From positions 1 through 59,558 of IMG/VR virus record IMGVR_UViG_3300044825_000311: a DNA stretch of 59,558 nt; one strand, 5' to 3'. This DNA is from a virus (Duplodnaviria; Caudoviricetes). The position numbers were made by a program, and so were the translations under genes. The notes beneath the pieces were generated by a model, which did no database searches, was not told the origin of the DNA, and worked only from the letters and a program-made list of their open reading frames with translations. Shown piece after piece: positions 19,028 through 27,430 of the stretch. Position 1 is the first letter of the stretch. Each line of letters starts with the position of its first letter.

Positions 19028-19227
19028 TACCGCATCTTCCTTTTGATATCGGCCAGCACGAACTGCGGCCAGTGTGATTTGCTACGCGGAGACACCGACA
19101 CTATGATCTTGGCTACCCGCCCAGTGGTGTCGGCCACGGTCGCCTTGATATGACGGCCTGTGTCAGCGTCAAGCAGAATGTACCCGGCGTCCTCCACTAC
19201 TTTCTTCAAACTTCTATGCGTCACCAT
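19027..19227 (-). CDS. Small basic protein, possibly HicA-like fold
   Basis: 66 aa with helix-GY-strand-GRHIK pattern. Confidence 0.45.
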   Translation of the reverse strand: MVTHRSLKKVVEDAGYILLDADTGRHIKATVADTTGRVAKIIVSVSPRSKSHWPQFVLADIKRKMR

Positions 19228-19468
19228 CGCGCTTCCACCTCACGACAAACTCACCACCCAATACGTTTATTACAGCCTCAATGTCCGCCAGCTTGGGGGA
19301 GTTCTGCCCCCGCCGCCACTTGCGCATCGTGCTTGAACATACGCCAGACCGCAGCGCCACATCCTCTTGGCTGGCACGTTGCCTATTCATCTGCTCCCAT
19401 ATCCAGCGCACCGCTGGATGGATCGCCATGTCCTTGGCTGGTTCCTTACACCGCTGATAGTTCCTCAT
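19214..19468 (-). CDS. XRE-family HTH protein
   Basis: SQEDVALRSGVCSSTMRKWRRGQNSPKLADIEAVINVLG. Confidence 0.8.
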   Translation of the reverse strand: MRNYQRCKEPAKDMAIHPAVRWIWEQMNRQRASQEDVALRSGVCSSTMRKWRRGQNSPKLADIEAVINVLGGEFVVRWKRDGDA

Positions 19469-19560
19469 TCGTCTGCATCTCCTCCAACTTTGAATGACGA
19501 AAAACAAAAGACAACGATTACAGTAAACACACAGAGCGCAAGTCCATACTCAAGCGTCAT
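19465..19560 (-). CDS. Small membrane peptide (31 aa)
   Basis: MTLEYGLALCVFTVIVVFCFSSFKVGGDADE; GGAGA RBS; stop overlaps next ATG; translated by hand. Confidence 0.55.
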   Translation of the reverse strand: MTLEYGLALCVFTVIVVFCFSSFKVGGDADE

Positions 19561-19741
19561 CGGTTTTCTCCTGCGGAAGGGGGAGGATGAGGGTTCCGCA
19601 GCGCACCGCGTCAAGGTTAACCCCCGGCCACGCATTGATGGCGGCGGCGAGGCATTCCTTTGTGGACAATGTTGATGTTACCGCCCACGCTTTTTGAAAC
19701 GCCTCAAAGACCTCATCCGGTATCTGTTCAGCCTTCAGCAT
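19550..19741 (-). CDS. Hypothetical protein, paralog of 19728-19976
   Basis: Shares IP.E..EA...A..AWPG...G..ILPL. Confidence 0.65.
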   Translation of the reverse strand: MLKAEQIPDEVFEAFQKAWAVTSTLSTKECLAAAINAWPGVNLDAVRCGTLILPLPQEKTDDA

Positions 19742-19976
19742 TGGTGTTCTCCATAAACAGGGGGAGGATGATGCGGCCATGACTGGCATCCCATGAGTAG
19801 TTCTTAACTATCCCCGGCCACGCGGCGATCCCTGCGCGGAGAGCGGCGGTGGCGTGCGCCTTCCAGTAAATACAGCCGCACTCGTCAGGCATACATTTGC
19901 AGGGGCCGTTTTCCGTTTCGCAAATAGCCCTCGCAGCCGCCTCCAGCGCCTCGGGCGGGATAGTGATGTCAGTCAT
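19728..19976 (-). CDS. Hypothetical protein with Cys cluster, paralog of 19550-19741
   Basis: IPPEALEAAARA...AWPG...GRIILPL. Confidence 0.65.
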   Translation of the reverse strand: MTDITIPPEALEAAARAICETENGPCKCMPDECGCIYWKAHATAALRAGIAAWPGIVKNYSWDASHGRIILPLFMENTNAEG

Positions 19977-20074
19977 GAAACCCTCGTCACAATGAAAGCA
20001 AAGAACAGCCCGAAGCCACCCATTCCAGCGACAAACCCGATGGCGAGGCTGGTGAGGTCAATTGTCAACGTCAT
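19973..20074 (-). CDS. Small membrane peptide (33 aa)
   Basis: MTLTIDLTSLAIGFVAGMGGFGLFFAFIVTRVS; ATGA overlaps at both ends; translated by hand. Confidence 0.55.
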   Translation of the reverse strand: MTLTIDLTSLAIGFVAGMGGFGLFFAFIVTRVS

Positions 20075-20511
20075 GCTTCCTCCTTCCCCGGCGCGGGCTG
20101 GCCGTCGAGGGCGGCGCGGGCGGCCTTAAGCTCCCGCACGGACACCTCGCACTTTATGATGACCATATCCGGCCACTTGCTGAAATCGTCTCCGTCATCG
20201 GCCTTGATGCCTGCAAACGGCTTCAGCGCCGCCCGCAGTCGCTCGTTCTCGTCCTCCAACTTCTGCACCATCGTGCAATACCGGTTCTTCGCCGCATCGA
20301 AACCAGTCATGTAGTTAAACTCCGCTTCTTCTTTCAGCCGCTCGTTGTCGGCGCGGAGGGCGGTGATCTCGTCAGAAAACTCAACAGCTAAACCATACAG
20401 ACCATGAAGATGGACGTATGTCTCAGAACCTTTGTAGGTATCCCTGTCGCACCAAGACATGATCTCATCGTTGTCATCGAACGCATTAAGTTTATCTTTT
20501 GCATCGCTCAT
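20071..20511 (-). CDS. Hypothetical coiled-coil protein
   Basis: Repeated NERL heptads; coupled ORF. Confidence 0.65.
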   Translation of the reverse strand: MSDAKDKLNAFDDNDEIMSWCDRDTYKGSETYVHLHGLYGLAVEFSDEITALRADNERLKEEAEFNYMTGFDAAKNRYCTMVQKLEDENERLRAALKPFAGIKADDGDDFSKWPDMVIIKCEVSVRELKAARAALDGQPAPGKEEA

Positions 20512-20810
20512 GGACGATCATCCTTTCCTATTACACGTTTCTCGTAAGCAAGCAGGAACAACAGGCAGCACCCGGCATGAGCCAAGTGGCTAAGGCCAGT
20601 CTCAGGGTCGGCTTCTTCGCGCCGCCACCACGCCCACATATGTCTCATCAAGGCAGCGAACGGGCGATGCCACGACATGCCCTGCTCCCAGTTCCTATCG
20701 CCATACTTGGTTGCGCCAAACTGCAAGACCTTGACGATCTCTTCGACCGCATCGGGTGGCAGCAGGTGCCACGGCAACTTGGCTTCATCGAACTTCTTGC
20801 CTTCACTCAT
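20508..20810 (-). CDS. dATP/dGTP diphosphohydrolase domain protein (DUF5664-like)
   Basis: KFDEAK..WHLLP...FGATKYG..NW..G...AALMRH..AW...DPETGLSHLAHA. Confidence 0.85.
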   Translation of the reverse strand: MSEGKKFDEAKLPWHLLPPDAVEEIVKVLQFGATKYGDRNWEQGMSWHRPFAALMRHMWAWWRREEADPETGLSHLAHAGCCLLFLLAYEKRVIGKDDRP

Positions 20811-21196
20811 GTCTTATATTTCCCCGTACGGATAAGGTGATCGACCTCTTCGATATGTTTCTTCATCACATCGGTGATCAGATCGAACGTCTCGACGGCG
20901 CTCATGATGGTAGTATGATGCTTGTTAAGGTAACGCGCAAGCGTTGGATACGAAACATCAAGGCGGTTATGATACATCACCCAGCAGAAGTGCTGCCTTG
21001 CAATAACTAAGTTGTTGGTACGACTGTTCGATTTCATCTCGTCCGTGGTCAGACAATAGTACGAACGTACTGCATGGAAGCATTTGTTCATGGAGTAGAT
21101 GGCGCGGTTCTCCCGCGCCAGCTTGTCGATCTCGTTGAAAACATCTGGATAGTTATGCCGCAGAAAGTCAGCGCGAATGTACTTGAGTTGGGTCAT
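20807..21196 (-). CDS. Protein with DnaA C-terminal (domain IV-like) HTH
   Basis: SRTNNLVIARQ...SYPTLARYLNKHHTTIMSAV resembles the DnaA R...ARQ...DHTTV motif. Confidence 0.75.
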   Translation of the reverse strand: MTQLKYIRADFLRHNYPDVFNEIDKLARENRAIYSMNKCFHAVRSYYCLTTDEMKSNSRTNNLVIARQHFCWVMYHNRLDVSYPTLARYLNKHHTTIMSAVETFDLITDVMKKHIEEVDHLIRTGKYKT

Positions 21197-21876
21197 TCCT
21201 CGAACACCCCGAACTCCTTGCGCAGCGGGTTGCGCCACCTGTTGATAAGGTTGTCGTACTCACGCATCAGGTCTTTGTAATTCTTGTCTCTGCCCATCAC
21301 GGCATAGGTCAAGAAGTTAATCAGTTGGTCCGGGTACTCACCGTTACGCATCCAGTAAGCGAACTCTTTGCAAGTAAAATACGTCACTCCATTGCTGTCA
21401 CCACGAAGCCCCAGCTTGAAGCGAACGGCCAGACCCTTGCGATGATCCTTCAAAGTCTTGAGCCATACCTTACGTGCATCCTTGTCTACCCGCAGGTGCA
21501 TGTCAGGCAGGGGGTTCTCACACGCGGTGCTACGTAGATTAAATTTAATACCGCCATAGTATTCCGGCAGCGCAGTAAACCCACGGCCAATGCGATACCG
21601 ACCGTGTGATATGCGGATCAGCCCCAGTGGTAAAACTTTATGTAAGTTAAGCACAAGCGCGAAGGAACAAGTGTCGTAGAGTTCTTCCGACGACATGACG
21701 AAAGTGATCATGTCATCCGGCGTGATGTTCGCCAGTCTGTGATCGTTGATCATCAGTCGAAAGCTATCGTCAGAGTTCTTGAACAGGCGAAGACCGCAGC
21801 GATGCAACGGCTTACCTTCAGAGGGAGAACGAGCGCGGCTGAATGCCTTGACACAATGGGCGTAGGATGAAAGCAT
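21193..21876 (-). CDS. Hypothetical protein
   Basis: 227-aa ORF with AAGGA RBS, coupled to next gene. Confidence 0.75.
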   Translation of the reverse strand: MLSSYAHCVKAFSRARSPSEGKPLHRCGLRLFKNSDDSFRLMINDHRLANITPDDMITFVMSSEELYDTCSFALVLNLHKVLPLGLIRISHGRYRIGRGFTALPEYYGGIKFNLRSTACENPLPDMHLRVDKDARKVWLKTLKDHRKGLAVRFKLGLRGDSNGVTYFTCKEFAYWMRNGEYPDQLINFLTYAVMGRDKNYKDLMREYDNLINRWRNPLRKEFGVFEE

Positions 21877-21889
21877 GATATGTTTATCC

Positions 21890-22516
21890 TTATTGGTTGA
21901 GCATCTTGTCGATGGCTACACGGGTTGCCAGTTCTTTCAGCGCCGGGTCCAGTTCCATCGTGACGGAAGACAGACGGTGCTGCGGCACGGATACCTTGGA
22001 CTTAACTTCTTTGGGCAAGAACTCCACGAGTGGAGGGAAATCCTTGATGGCAGGAGGCAGGGACTTGTGCCACTTGAGGACACCCCTCACCGCTGCTTGG
22101 GCGGCATCGCGCTGGGCATGAAGAGTATCCTTCTGTTCTTGCCAAGCTAACAGCGCGTCAACGATATGCTCAGTGCGGATCGTGCGGTTGAGGATTACAC
22201 GGTCGTGGTAATCATCCTTCTGCATGTGTTCATTGGAGGGCATACCGTAAGACCCAAGCTGTGGCGAGGATAGCTTCAGCTTGATGTATACTGGTTTATC
22301 TACGATCTTCCGCAGTTCGATCTCGTAACGCCTGCAAAAGAAGCACTCAGGCAGAAGCGCCATGGCTTCACGATGCGGCTCGTACATCAGGTTATAAAGC
22401 TCATCGCCTACATCAGGCTTCTGCTTCTCGATCTGCTCAACGAACTTATGATAAAGGTCTTGAATGTTATTGGTAACTGCTGCACGTAGCTTGTCTGTAA
22501 TCCGAACTGTGGTCAT
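21890..22516 (-). CDS. Hypothetical protein, possibly Nmad5-like
   Basis: N-terminal VRITDKLR..V helix and C-terminal SL..AIKDFPPLVEFLP; resemblance only. Confidence 0.45.
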   Translation of the reverse strand: MTTVRITDKLRAAVTNNIQDLYHKFVEQIEKQKPDVGDELYNLMYEPHREAMALLPECFFCRRYEIELRKIVDKPVYIKLKLSSPQLGSYGMPSNEHMQKDDYHDRVILNRTIRTEHIVDALLAWQEQKDTLHAQRDAAQAAVRGVLKWHKSLPPAIKDFPPLVEFLPKEVKSKVSVPQHRLSSVTMELDPALKELATRVAIDKMLNQ

Positions 22517-22570
22517 TGGTCTTTCCCTTGGTTGAGTTACCCCCTGCCACAATGACAGGGGGCTTAGGCA

Positions 22571-23677
22571 TTACATCTTTACGACTTCGCCCCACGGTGC
22601 CTTGTAGGAATAGTTGCTGACCCACAGAACAGGGTAATCAGGGGCGGGACCAAAGTCATCGCAGCACAGATCGGTCAGCACCACGGTGGCAACGGGGTTG
22701 ATATCCTGCTCTTCAAGCGCCTTGAAGATGGGCGAGAAGGCGGTGCCGCCAGTGCCGGGAGACACGAGCTTGCCGATGGTATCGTCGGGGAGATAAGTTT
22801 CCTGCTTGCATACCTCGTGGTGGAAGTACACGACATGCAGTTTCTCAGGCGCACCGTCACCGTGGATAGCCCGGAGTTCAGTGGCGAACTCGGCCAGCGT
22901 CTTGTCATCAATGGACCCGGAACAATCCAGTGCCACGGCGATCTCGCCAAGGCGCTCACCGCTACGGGTCGGGAGATAGATACCCTGTGCCAAGAAGCGA
23001 CGATTGGGTCGAGCGAAAGAACGCTGGTCGGTCTTGGCCTTGGTGATGAAGCGACGAAGAACATCACGCCAGTCAACCTTGGGCTGGAGTGCATCACCGA
23101 TAAGGCGCTGGAGATTGGCCGACAACTTGCCAGCCATCTTTGCAGCCTGTGCAGCCTGAGCGATCATAACCTTCTGCTCGGCCATGTCCTGTGCCTGTTC
23201 AGCAGGAGAACCATCAGCCTCTTGCACGTCATCGCCAGTACCGCCGATGGGACCATCGCCATGAGTGTCGGGGAGCAGCTTATAGATACCGTCCGTGGTG
23301 CCACCGCCAGCGTCATACAAAGCCTTGTTAAGCATACCGCCGGGGATGAACTTGCCGATCTTCTCGTCGGTCAGAAGCTGGTTGATGACGTAATCACCAG
23401 CCATGTTCCACTTCTTGGGGTTGCGACCGTTGAGGCGGTACATATGCTCGAACATGGGATGGAATACCTCGTGTGCTACGAGGAACTTAAGCTGCTCATC
23501 GTCAAGGTCTTCGATGAAGGACGGGTTGAACTTGACCCACTTGCCATTGGTGCAAGCGGTCGGAATGCTGGGGTCCAGTGACATGGGCATGTTAAGAGCA
23601 AGCGTACCGATGAAGGGCTGCTCAAGGATCAAGGCAGTTCGCGCCTTGGCAAGTCTACGATTGAGGTCCATAGCCAT
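22571..23677 (-). CDS. Metallopeptidase-vWA protein (DUF2201-like)
   Basis: TACTNG, HEVFH zincin motif, WN.A.D..IN, MIDAS DCSGS, GGTAF, LTD. Confidence 0.88.
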   Translation of the reverse strand: MAMDLNRRLAKARTALILEQPFIGTLALNMPMSLDPSIPTACTNGKWVKFNPSFIEDLDDEQLKFLVAHEVFHPMFEHMYRLNGRNPKKWNMAGDYVINQLLTDEKIGKFIPGGMLNKALYDAGGGTTDGIYKLLPDTHGDGPIGGTGDDVQEADGSPAEQAQDMAEQKVMIAQAAQAAKMAGKLSANLQRLIGDALQPKVDWRDVLRRFITKAKTDQRSFARPNRRFLAQGIYLPTRSGERLGEIAVALDCSGSIDDKTLAEFATELRAIHGDGAPEKLHVVYFHHEVCKQETYLPDDTIGKLVSPGTGGTAFSPIFKALEEQDINPVATVVLTDLCCDDFGPAPDYPVLWVSNYSYKAPWGEVVKM

Positions 23678-23714
23678 AGTATGTTTTCCTTTGTCGGGGT
23701 TGGTCGGGAACCGG

Positions 23715-23760
23715 AAGATCGCACGACAGTTGTGACGCTGCCATGCGACACGTTGTCGCG
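23715..23760 (-). promoter_or_regulatory. Palindrome-associated promoter element 1 (upstream of vWA gene)
   Basis: Minus strand cGCGACAacgTGTCGCA, TGGCAG, 17 bp, tgcGATCTT. Confidence 0.6.
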
Positions 23761-23782
23761 GTCAATGCCCTGCACTGACGGG

Positions 23783-24034
23783 CTAATGCTCGTAGTATTC
23801 TTCAACAGATACAATCTGTTGCGTATCGAAGTAGTCTTCGATGAGTTCCAGCATGTCCTTAAGGACTTCTTCCGGCTCATAATGCCCGCCGGGAACCTGC
23901 CCAATGAGGTTAGCCACAAGCGCCACAGCCTTGGAGAAGGCAATGATAACCTCCCCCTCAGTGTGGTCGCCCTTGGGTACGGCCAGAAGCTCTTGCACCA
24001 GCTTGTTGATACGCTCTTGGTCTATCTTGCTCAT
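23783..24034 (-). CDS. Acidic hypothetical protein (83 aa)
   Basis: AAAGGA RBS, ATGA coupling. Confidence 0.7.
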   Translation of the reverse strand: MSKIDQERINKLVQELLAVPKGDHTEGEVIIAFSKAVALVANLIGQVPGGHYEPEEVLKDMLELIEDYFDTQQIVSVEEYYEH

Positions 24035-24279
24035 GGTAATCCTTTCATAACAGCGTAATCATAGAAGCGTTTGAAGTCTTGGTAGTACACAGACTGTATA
24101 TTATCCGACAAGTCTGTGTACTTATTGGTTTTTCTTTTTCTTTTTTCACCGTGCTTATAGAGAGGTAGGGTGAACTCTATACCATACAGCATCTTTACTG
24201 TAGCCGCTAAGGTTAGCACCCTATCGCGTCCGGGGTAGTGCGAGGGGGCCAGACGGACCCCCTCCCATGGTGCCATCAC
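24031..24279 (-). CDS. Hypothetical protein, AT-rich (82 aa)
   Basis: Start overlaps upstream stop; GGAGGA RBS. Confidence 0.6.
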   Translation of the reverse strand: MMAPWEGVRLAPSHYPGRDRVLTLAATVKMLYGIEFTLPLYKHGEKRKRKTNKYTDLSDNIQSVYYQDFKRFYDYAVMKGLP

Positions 24280-25136
24280 AGTCCTCCCATGAACACAGCC
24301 ATCTTATCCATGATGGCCTTGGCCTCATCGATCTTCTTTGTGCGGAACGTATCGTCTCCAAGCACCGCCTCTTTGTTGAGGCTGGCCAGCTTGGCCTCGA
24401 CCTCACGGCGCATGGCTTCGAGGTTGGGGTCATCGTTAAAGTTAAGGCGCGGCAGCAACTCGCACAGTTCCACGAGGTGTTCGATGCTGCTCTCATGAAA
24501 GCGGGACTTGGGATCGCTTACCTTAACCATCTTTTCGGTAAGGTGCTGGACCCGATCATACAGCCGCTGCCAAACGTCTTTCATTGCGGAAGCACTGGCT
24601 TGCTGAACACGTTCTTCTACGTCACGCTGTATCCGTGACAGTTCAGCGTCACCGATGCTTACACGAAAGTCGTTCGACGGAACGGGGAACACGGCCATGT
24701 CCATCTTGAACTTGGCTGCAATGTCCTTCTCGTGAGGGTAATCCTCTTCACGGTACAGCGAACCAAGGAACCGTTTGGCGTCAGCCTTGAGCAACGAATA
24801 GTTGCTGGTGAATAGGTTCACCAACGTCTCCCACTCGGACTTCTCCTTACGAAACTCATTGATGAAGTTGAGGTAATTGGAGGTGGGCAGCATCTGGGTG
24901 CCTTCGATGCCCCACGGCAACGTGTTCTCGTAATACTTGGTGCGAATATATCCTGCCTTCTGGTGGACGTTGGAGAGGTAGTCGTTAAGGGGCAGGAGCG
25001 ACTTGTTGTAGCGGCCAACGGAGGCGTTGACGCCATGGGTATTGGCCACCTCAAGGGTAGCCTTCTTGTCGTACTTTCGTGCCGTCCACTGGGAGATGTT
25101 AAGCTGGACGAGCAGAGCGCGGTCGGAAAGCTGCAT
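24276..25136 (-). CDS. Helical phage protein, DUF3150-like
   Basis: ISQW.ARK.D...YNKSLL...LPW...Y...P....KF pattern; lies between the AAA and vWA genes. Confidence 0.6.
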   Translation of the reverse strand: MQLSDRALLVQLNISQWTARKYDKKATLEVANTHGVNASVGRYNKSLLPLNDYLSNVHQKAGYIRTKYYENTLPWGIEGTQMLPTSNYLNFINEFRKEKSEWETLVNLFTSNYSLLKADAKRFLGSLYREEDYPHEKDIAAKFKMDMAVFPVPSNDFRVSIGDAELSRIQRDVEERVQQASASAMKDVWQRLYDRVQHLTEKMVKVSDPKSRFHESSIEHLVELCELLPRLNFNDDPNLEAMRREVEAKLASLNKEAVLGDDTFRTKKIDEAKAIMDKMAVFMGGL

Positions 25137-25153
25137 GGTATATATCCTTTGTT

Positions 25154-25209
25154 AGCCTCATCAGTGCCAGCATCACTGGCAGACGGGGGATTTCTCCCCC
25201 GTTTCGGCT
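25154..25209 (-). ncRNA. Type II hammerhead ribozyme HH1
   Basis: Minus strand AGCC-GAAA-C-GGGGGA-gaaa-UCCCCC-GUC/-UGCCAG-ugaug-CUGGCA-CUGAUGA-GGCU; all core nucleotides and three stems present. Confidence 0.93.
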
Positions 25210-25301
25210 TAGTGCATCAAAAGCACATGGGCGATAAATCCTGCCTGTGTAAGCAGGACACCCACTGCAAGCAAAAACAGCCAAAATGTCCAGCCTGTCA
25301 A
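25209..25301 (-). CDS. Small membrane peptide (30 aa)
   Basis: TTG start overlapping the AAA stop; MTGWTFWLFLLAVGVLLTQAGFIAHVLLMH; stop abuts HH1. Confidence 0.45.
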   Translation of the reverse strand: MTGWTFWLFLLAVGVLLTQAGFIAHVLLMH

Positions 25302-26296
25302 AACATCACGTCATGGTGCTTGATGACCCAGTTACCAAACGCTGCCGTATTGTGCAGCGCCTTGTCGCGGCGCAGCGCAAGGCTAACCGTAAGGACTGAG
25401 AACTCAGCGGGCATACGCTCCACGTACTGGCAAACACGTTCAAAGTTGGAAGTGCTGGCACGTTGTGCCAGTGAACCAGCAAGAGCGTACAGCGTAGCGG
25501 GATCGGTCGGAACGTCAGCCGACTGGGGGTTAAGCAGGATGGCGTCAGGGTTGGGCAGCTTGCGGAAGATACGCAAGAACCCAGTGAACTCAGAGGCCGG
25601 ACCCTCACCGACCGCACCCTTGAACGTCTCGAACTCAGCCTCCTTGGGCACTACGTCAATGGCAGGGGAAACACGTTCGCACCAGCCACGAGGTGTCGGG
25701 TTCTTGTCACGCTGGGCATCGAACTCGTGCAGCAGACCGGACTTGAAGCGGATGAAAGCGATAACCTCCGGGCGGATGTTGTTATCCATAGCCCACTTGG
25801 TCCAGTCATCGATGTGGGTTTCAAGCTCGAACTCGAACTCACGGTCGCTGAGATGGGACAGAACACGATTGGCACCAGCACGATCCTGCTGACGATTGCC
25901 AGTGGACAGGATGAACCAGTTATCAGCCATCGCTACACCGTGAAGCTCACGTTCCTGTACGAGATTAGCCAGTGCCTTCTGGAGATCGTTGTTAGCCTGA
26001 TTACGATCATCGAAGCACAGCACACCGGGCTGACCGTTGTCGTACTTGGACCCCTTGGCAGGGAACCAATCGGGCAGCTTGTAGTACAGCATGGGCTTGT
26101 CGATCATGGGAACACCCAAGTCTTCCACCGGGATGGTCGGGAGATGACGCTGGATGTACTGATAACCCAAGTCCTTGGCGACCTGTTTGATGATGGAGGT
26201 CTTGCCCCCACCCGGAGGGCCAACGATAACAGCCGATGACTTGACACCAGCCTGAAGCAGCGAAGAGATGGTATCCTTGAGAAGAGAAGCACGCAT
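25298..26296 (-). CDS. MoxR-like AAA+ ATPase
   Basis: Walker A GPPGGGKT, Walker B VLCFDD, TGNR, TPRGW; AAAGGA RBS before ATG 26296. Confidence 0.88.
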   Translation of the reverse strand: MRASLLKDTISSLLQAGVKSSAVIVGPPGGGKTSIIKQVAKDLGYQYIQRHLPTIPVEDLGVPMIDKPMLYYKLPDWFPAKGSKYDNGQPGVLCFDDRNQANNDLQKALANLVQERELHGVAMADNWFILSTGNRQQDRAGANRVLSHLSDREFEFELETHIDDWTKWAMDNNIRPEVIAFIRFKSGLLHEFDAQRDKNPTPRGWCERVSPAIDVVPKEAEFETFKGAVGEGPASEFTGFLRIFRKLPNPDAILLNPQSADVPTDPATLYALAGSLAQRASTSNFERVCQYVERMPAEFSVLTVSLALRRDKALHNTAAFGNWVIKHHDVMF

Positions 26297-26343
26297 TGGT
26301 TTATATATCCTTTGTTTGTTGTAGTGGGTTGGTCGAGGTCGGA

Positions 26344-26389
26344 AGTGTCGCACCATCCTCCGTGTCGGTCGATGCGACACGCTGTCGCA
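26344..26389 (-). promoter_or_regulatory. Palindrome-associated promoter element 2 (upstream of AAA gene)
   Basis: Minus strand TGCGACAgcgTGTCGCA, TCGACC, 17 bp, tgcGACACT. Confidence 0.6.
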
Positions 26390-26435
26390 GGGCAGGCTTG
26401 CCCTTGCTTTGTTTCAGCGAAGCTGCATGTTTTGC

Positions 26436-26675
26436 TTACGTTATCTGCTTTGCCAAAACTGGGTGCTTGGCACTGGGCATGAGCAAGCGTTTCTTATAGC
26501 CACGGCCTACGTTAAGGGCACGGTAGTAGGCTACAGCCTGATGGATGTTACCAGTGAAGCTCCACTTGGTGCGGTAAGCACTGCGGTTCTTACCTATCTG
26601 CACAAGGAACTCGGTCGTGTTGGTATAGACCAACGACTTGCCGTCGAGCGTGACAGTCTTGACTTCGATGGTCAT
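26436..26675 (-). CDS. Early hypothetical protein (79 aa)
   Basis: GGAGG RBS, TAATG coupling. Confidence 0.75.
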   Translation of the reverse strand: MTIEVKTVTLDGKSLVYTNTTEFLVQIGKNRSAYRTKWSFTGNIHQAVAYYRALNVGRGYKKRLLMPSAKHPVLAKQIT

Positions 26676-26899
26676 TACTCAGCCTCCCTGACTTCGGACA
26701 CAAACCCATTCTCGTCAATGTGCAGTATCGTTATGGCATAGGCGTCATCGACCACCACGTAACCACCGTCATGGTGAATACATTTGGCCTTGTTGAAATC
26801 GTTGTCGAGGACAGTGGTCGCGCGTTCGGTCCAGCCGCCCTTGTAGGCAGCCCTTACAAGGGTGTTGAAGTCCTTGGTAGGAACAATCTTAACGTCCAT
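26675..26899 (-). CDS. Early hypothetical protein (74 aa)
   Basis: GGAGG RBS, tiled operon. Confidence 0.75.
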   Translation of the reverse strand: MDVKIVPTKDFNTLVRAAYKGGWTERATTVLDNDFNKAKCIHHDGGYVVVDDAYAITILHIDENGFVSEVREAE

Positions 26900-26900
26900 C

Positions 26901-27089
26901 TTAACCCTCCATAGCTACAGCGTGAACGACAAGGTCCGTGCCCGGACCGATAACCTTGATAAGCTCATGGCCCCCAGCGTTTTCCCTTTGGGCATAGCGT
27001 TTGGCCCACGACACAGCGGCGTTGTGTCGCGTGAACTCTTCAAGCAGAGTTGGTTTATGGCCGGGGTTAACCCCGTATACCTTAAACAT
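26901..27089 (-). CDS. Early hypothetical protein (62 aa)
   Basis: AAAGGA RBS. Confidence 0.7.
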   Translation of the reverse strand: MFKVYGVNPGHKPTLLEEFTRHNAAVSWAKRYAQRENAGGHELIKVIGPGTDLVVHAVAMEG

Positions 27090-27166
27090 ATGTATCCTTT
27101 CGTATTGGGCGGGCTTGCCCCCACTGCACAGCCACTGGGGCTGTGCAGGAAGAGTTTCCCTTAAAC

Positions 27167-27430
27167 TTATGCAAAGAACGTAAACTCAGCGACCTCGCTT
27201 GCGAGGACGCCATAGGTAGCAGCGTCATGCCAACGCATAAACTGGGTATCCTCGGACACATCGACGCAGTGGCAGGACCCATAAGTCCTGACCATGTCAT
27301 CTACAAATGCGTTAAGGGCAGCGCAGTCCTCGTCATCCATGCCGCTCTCATCGCCATTGATGAGGGCGCAAGCCCAGTGGCTGGGCAGCATAAGGGTATA
27401 GGTCTTGGTCTTGCGGTGAGCCTTAGCCAT
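27167..27430 (-). CDS. Early acidic hypothetical protein (87 aa)
   Basis: GGAGA RBS; LPSHWACALINGDESG. Confidence 0.75.
   Translation of the reverse strand: MAKAHRKTKTYTLMLPSHWACALINGDESGMDDEDCAALNAFVDDMVRTYGSCHCVDVSEDTQFMRWHDAATYGVLASEVAEFTFFA

Noticed and set aside
20508-20810. Z-genome (2-aminoadenine) or other base-modification pathway
   Set aside because: The diphosphohydrolase domain is present, but no PurZ, DatZ or 7-deazaguanine pathway genes are recognisable
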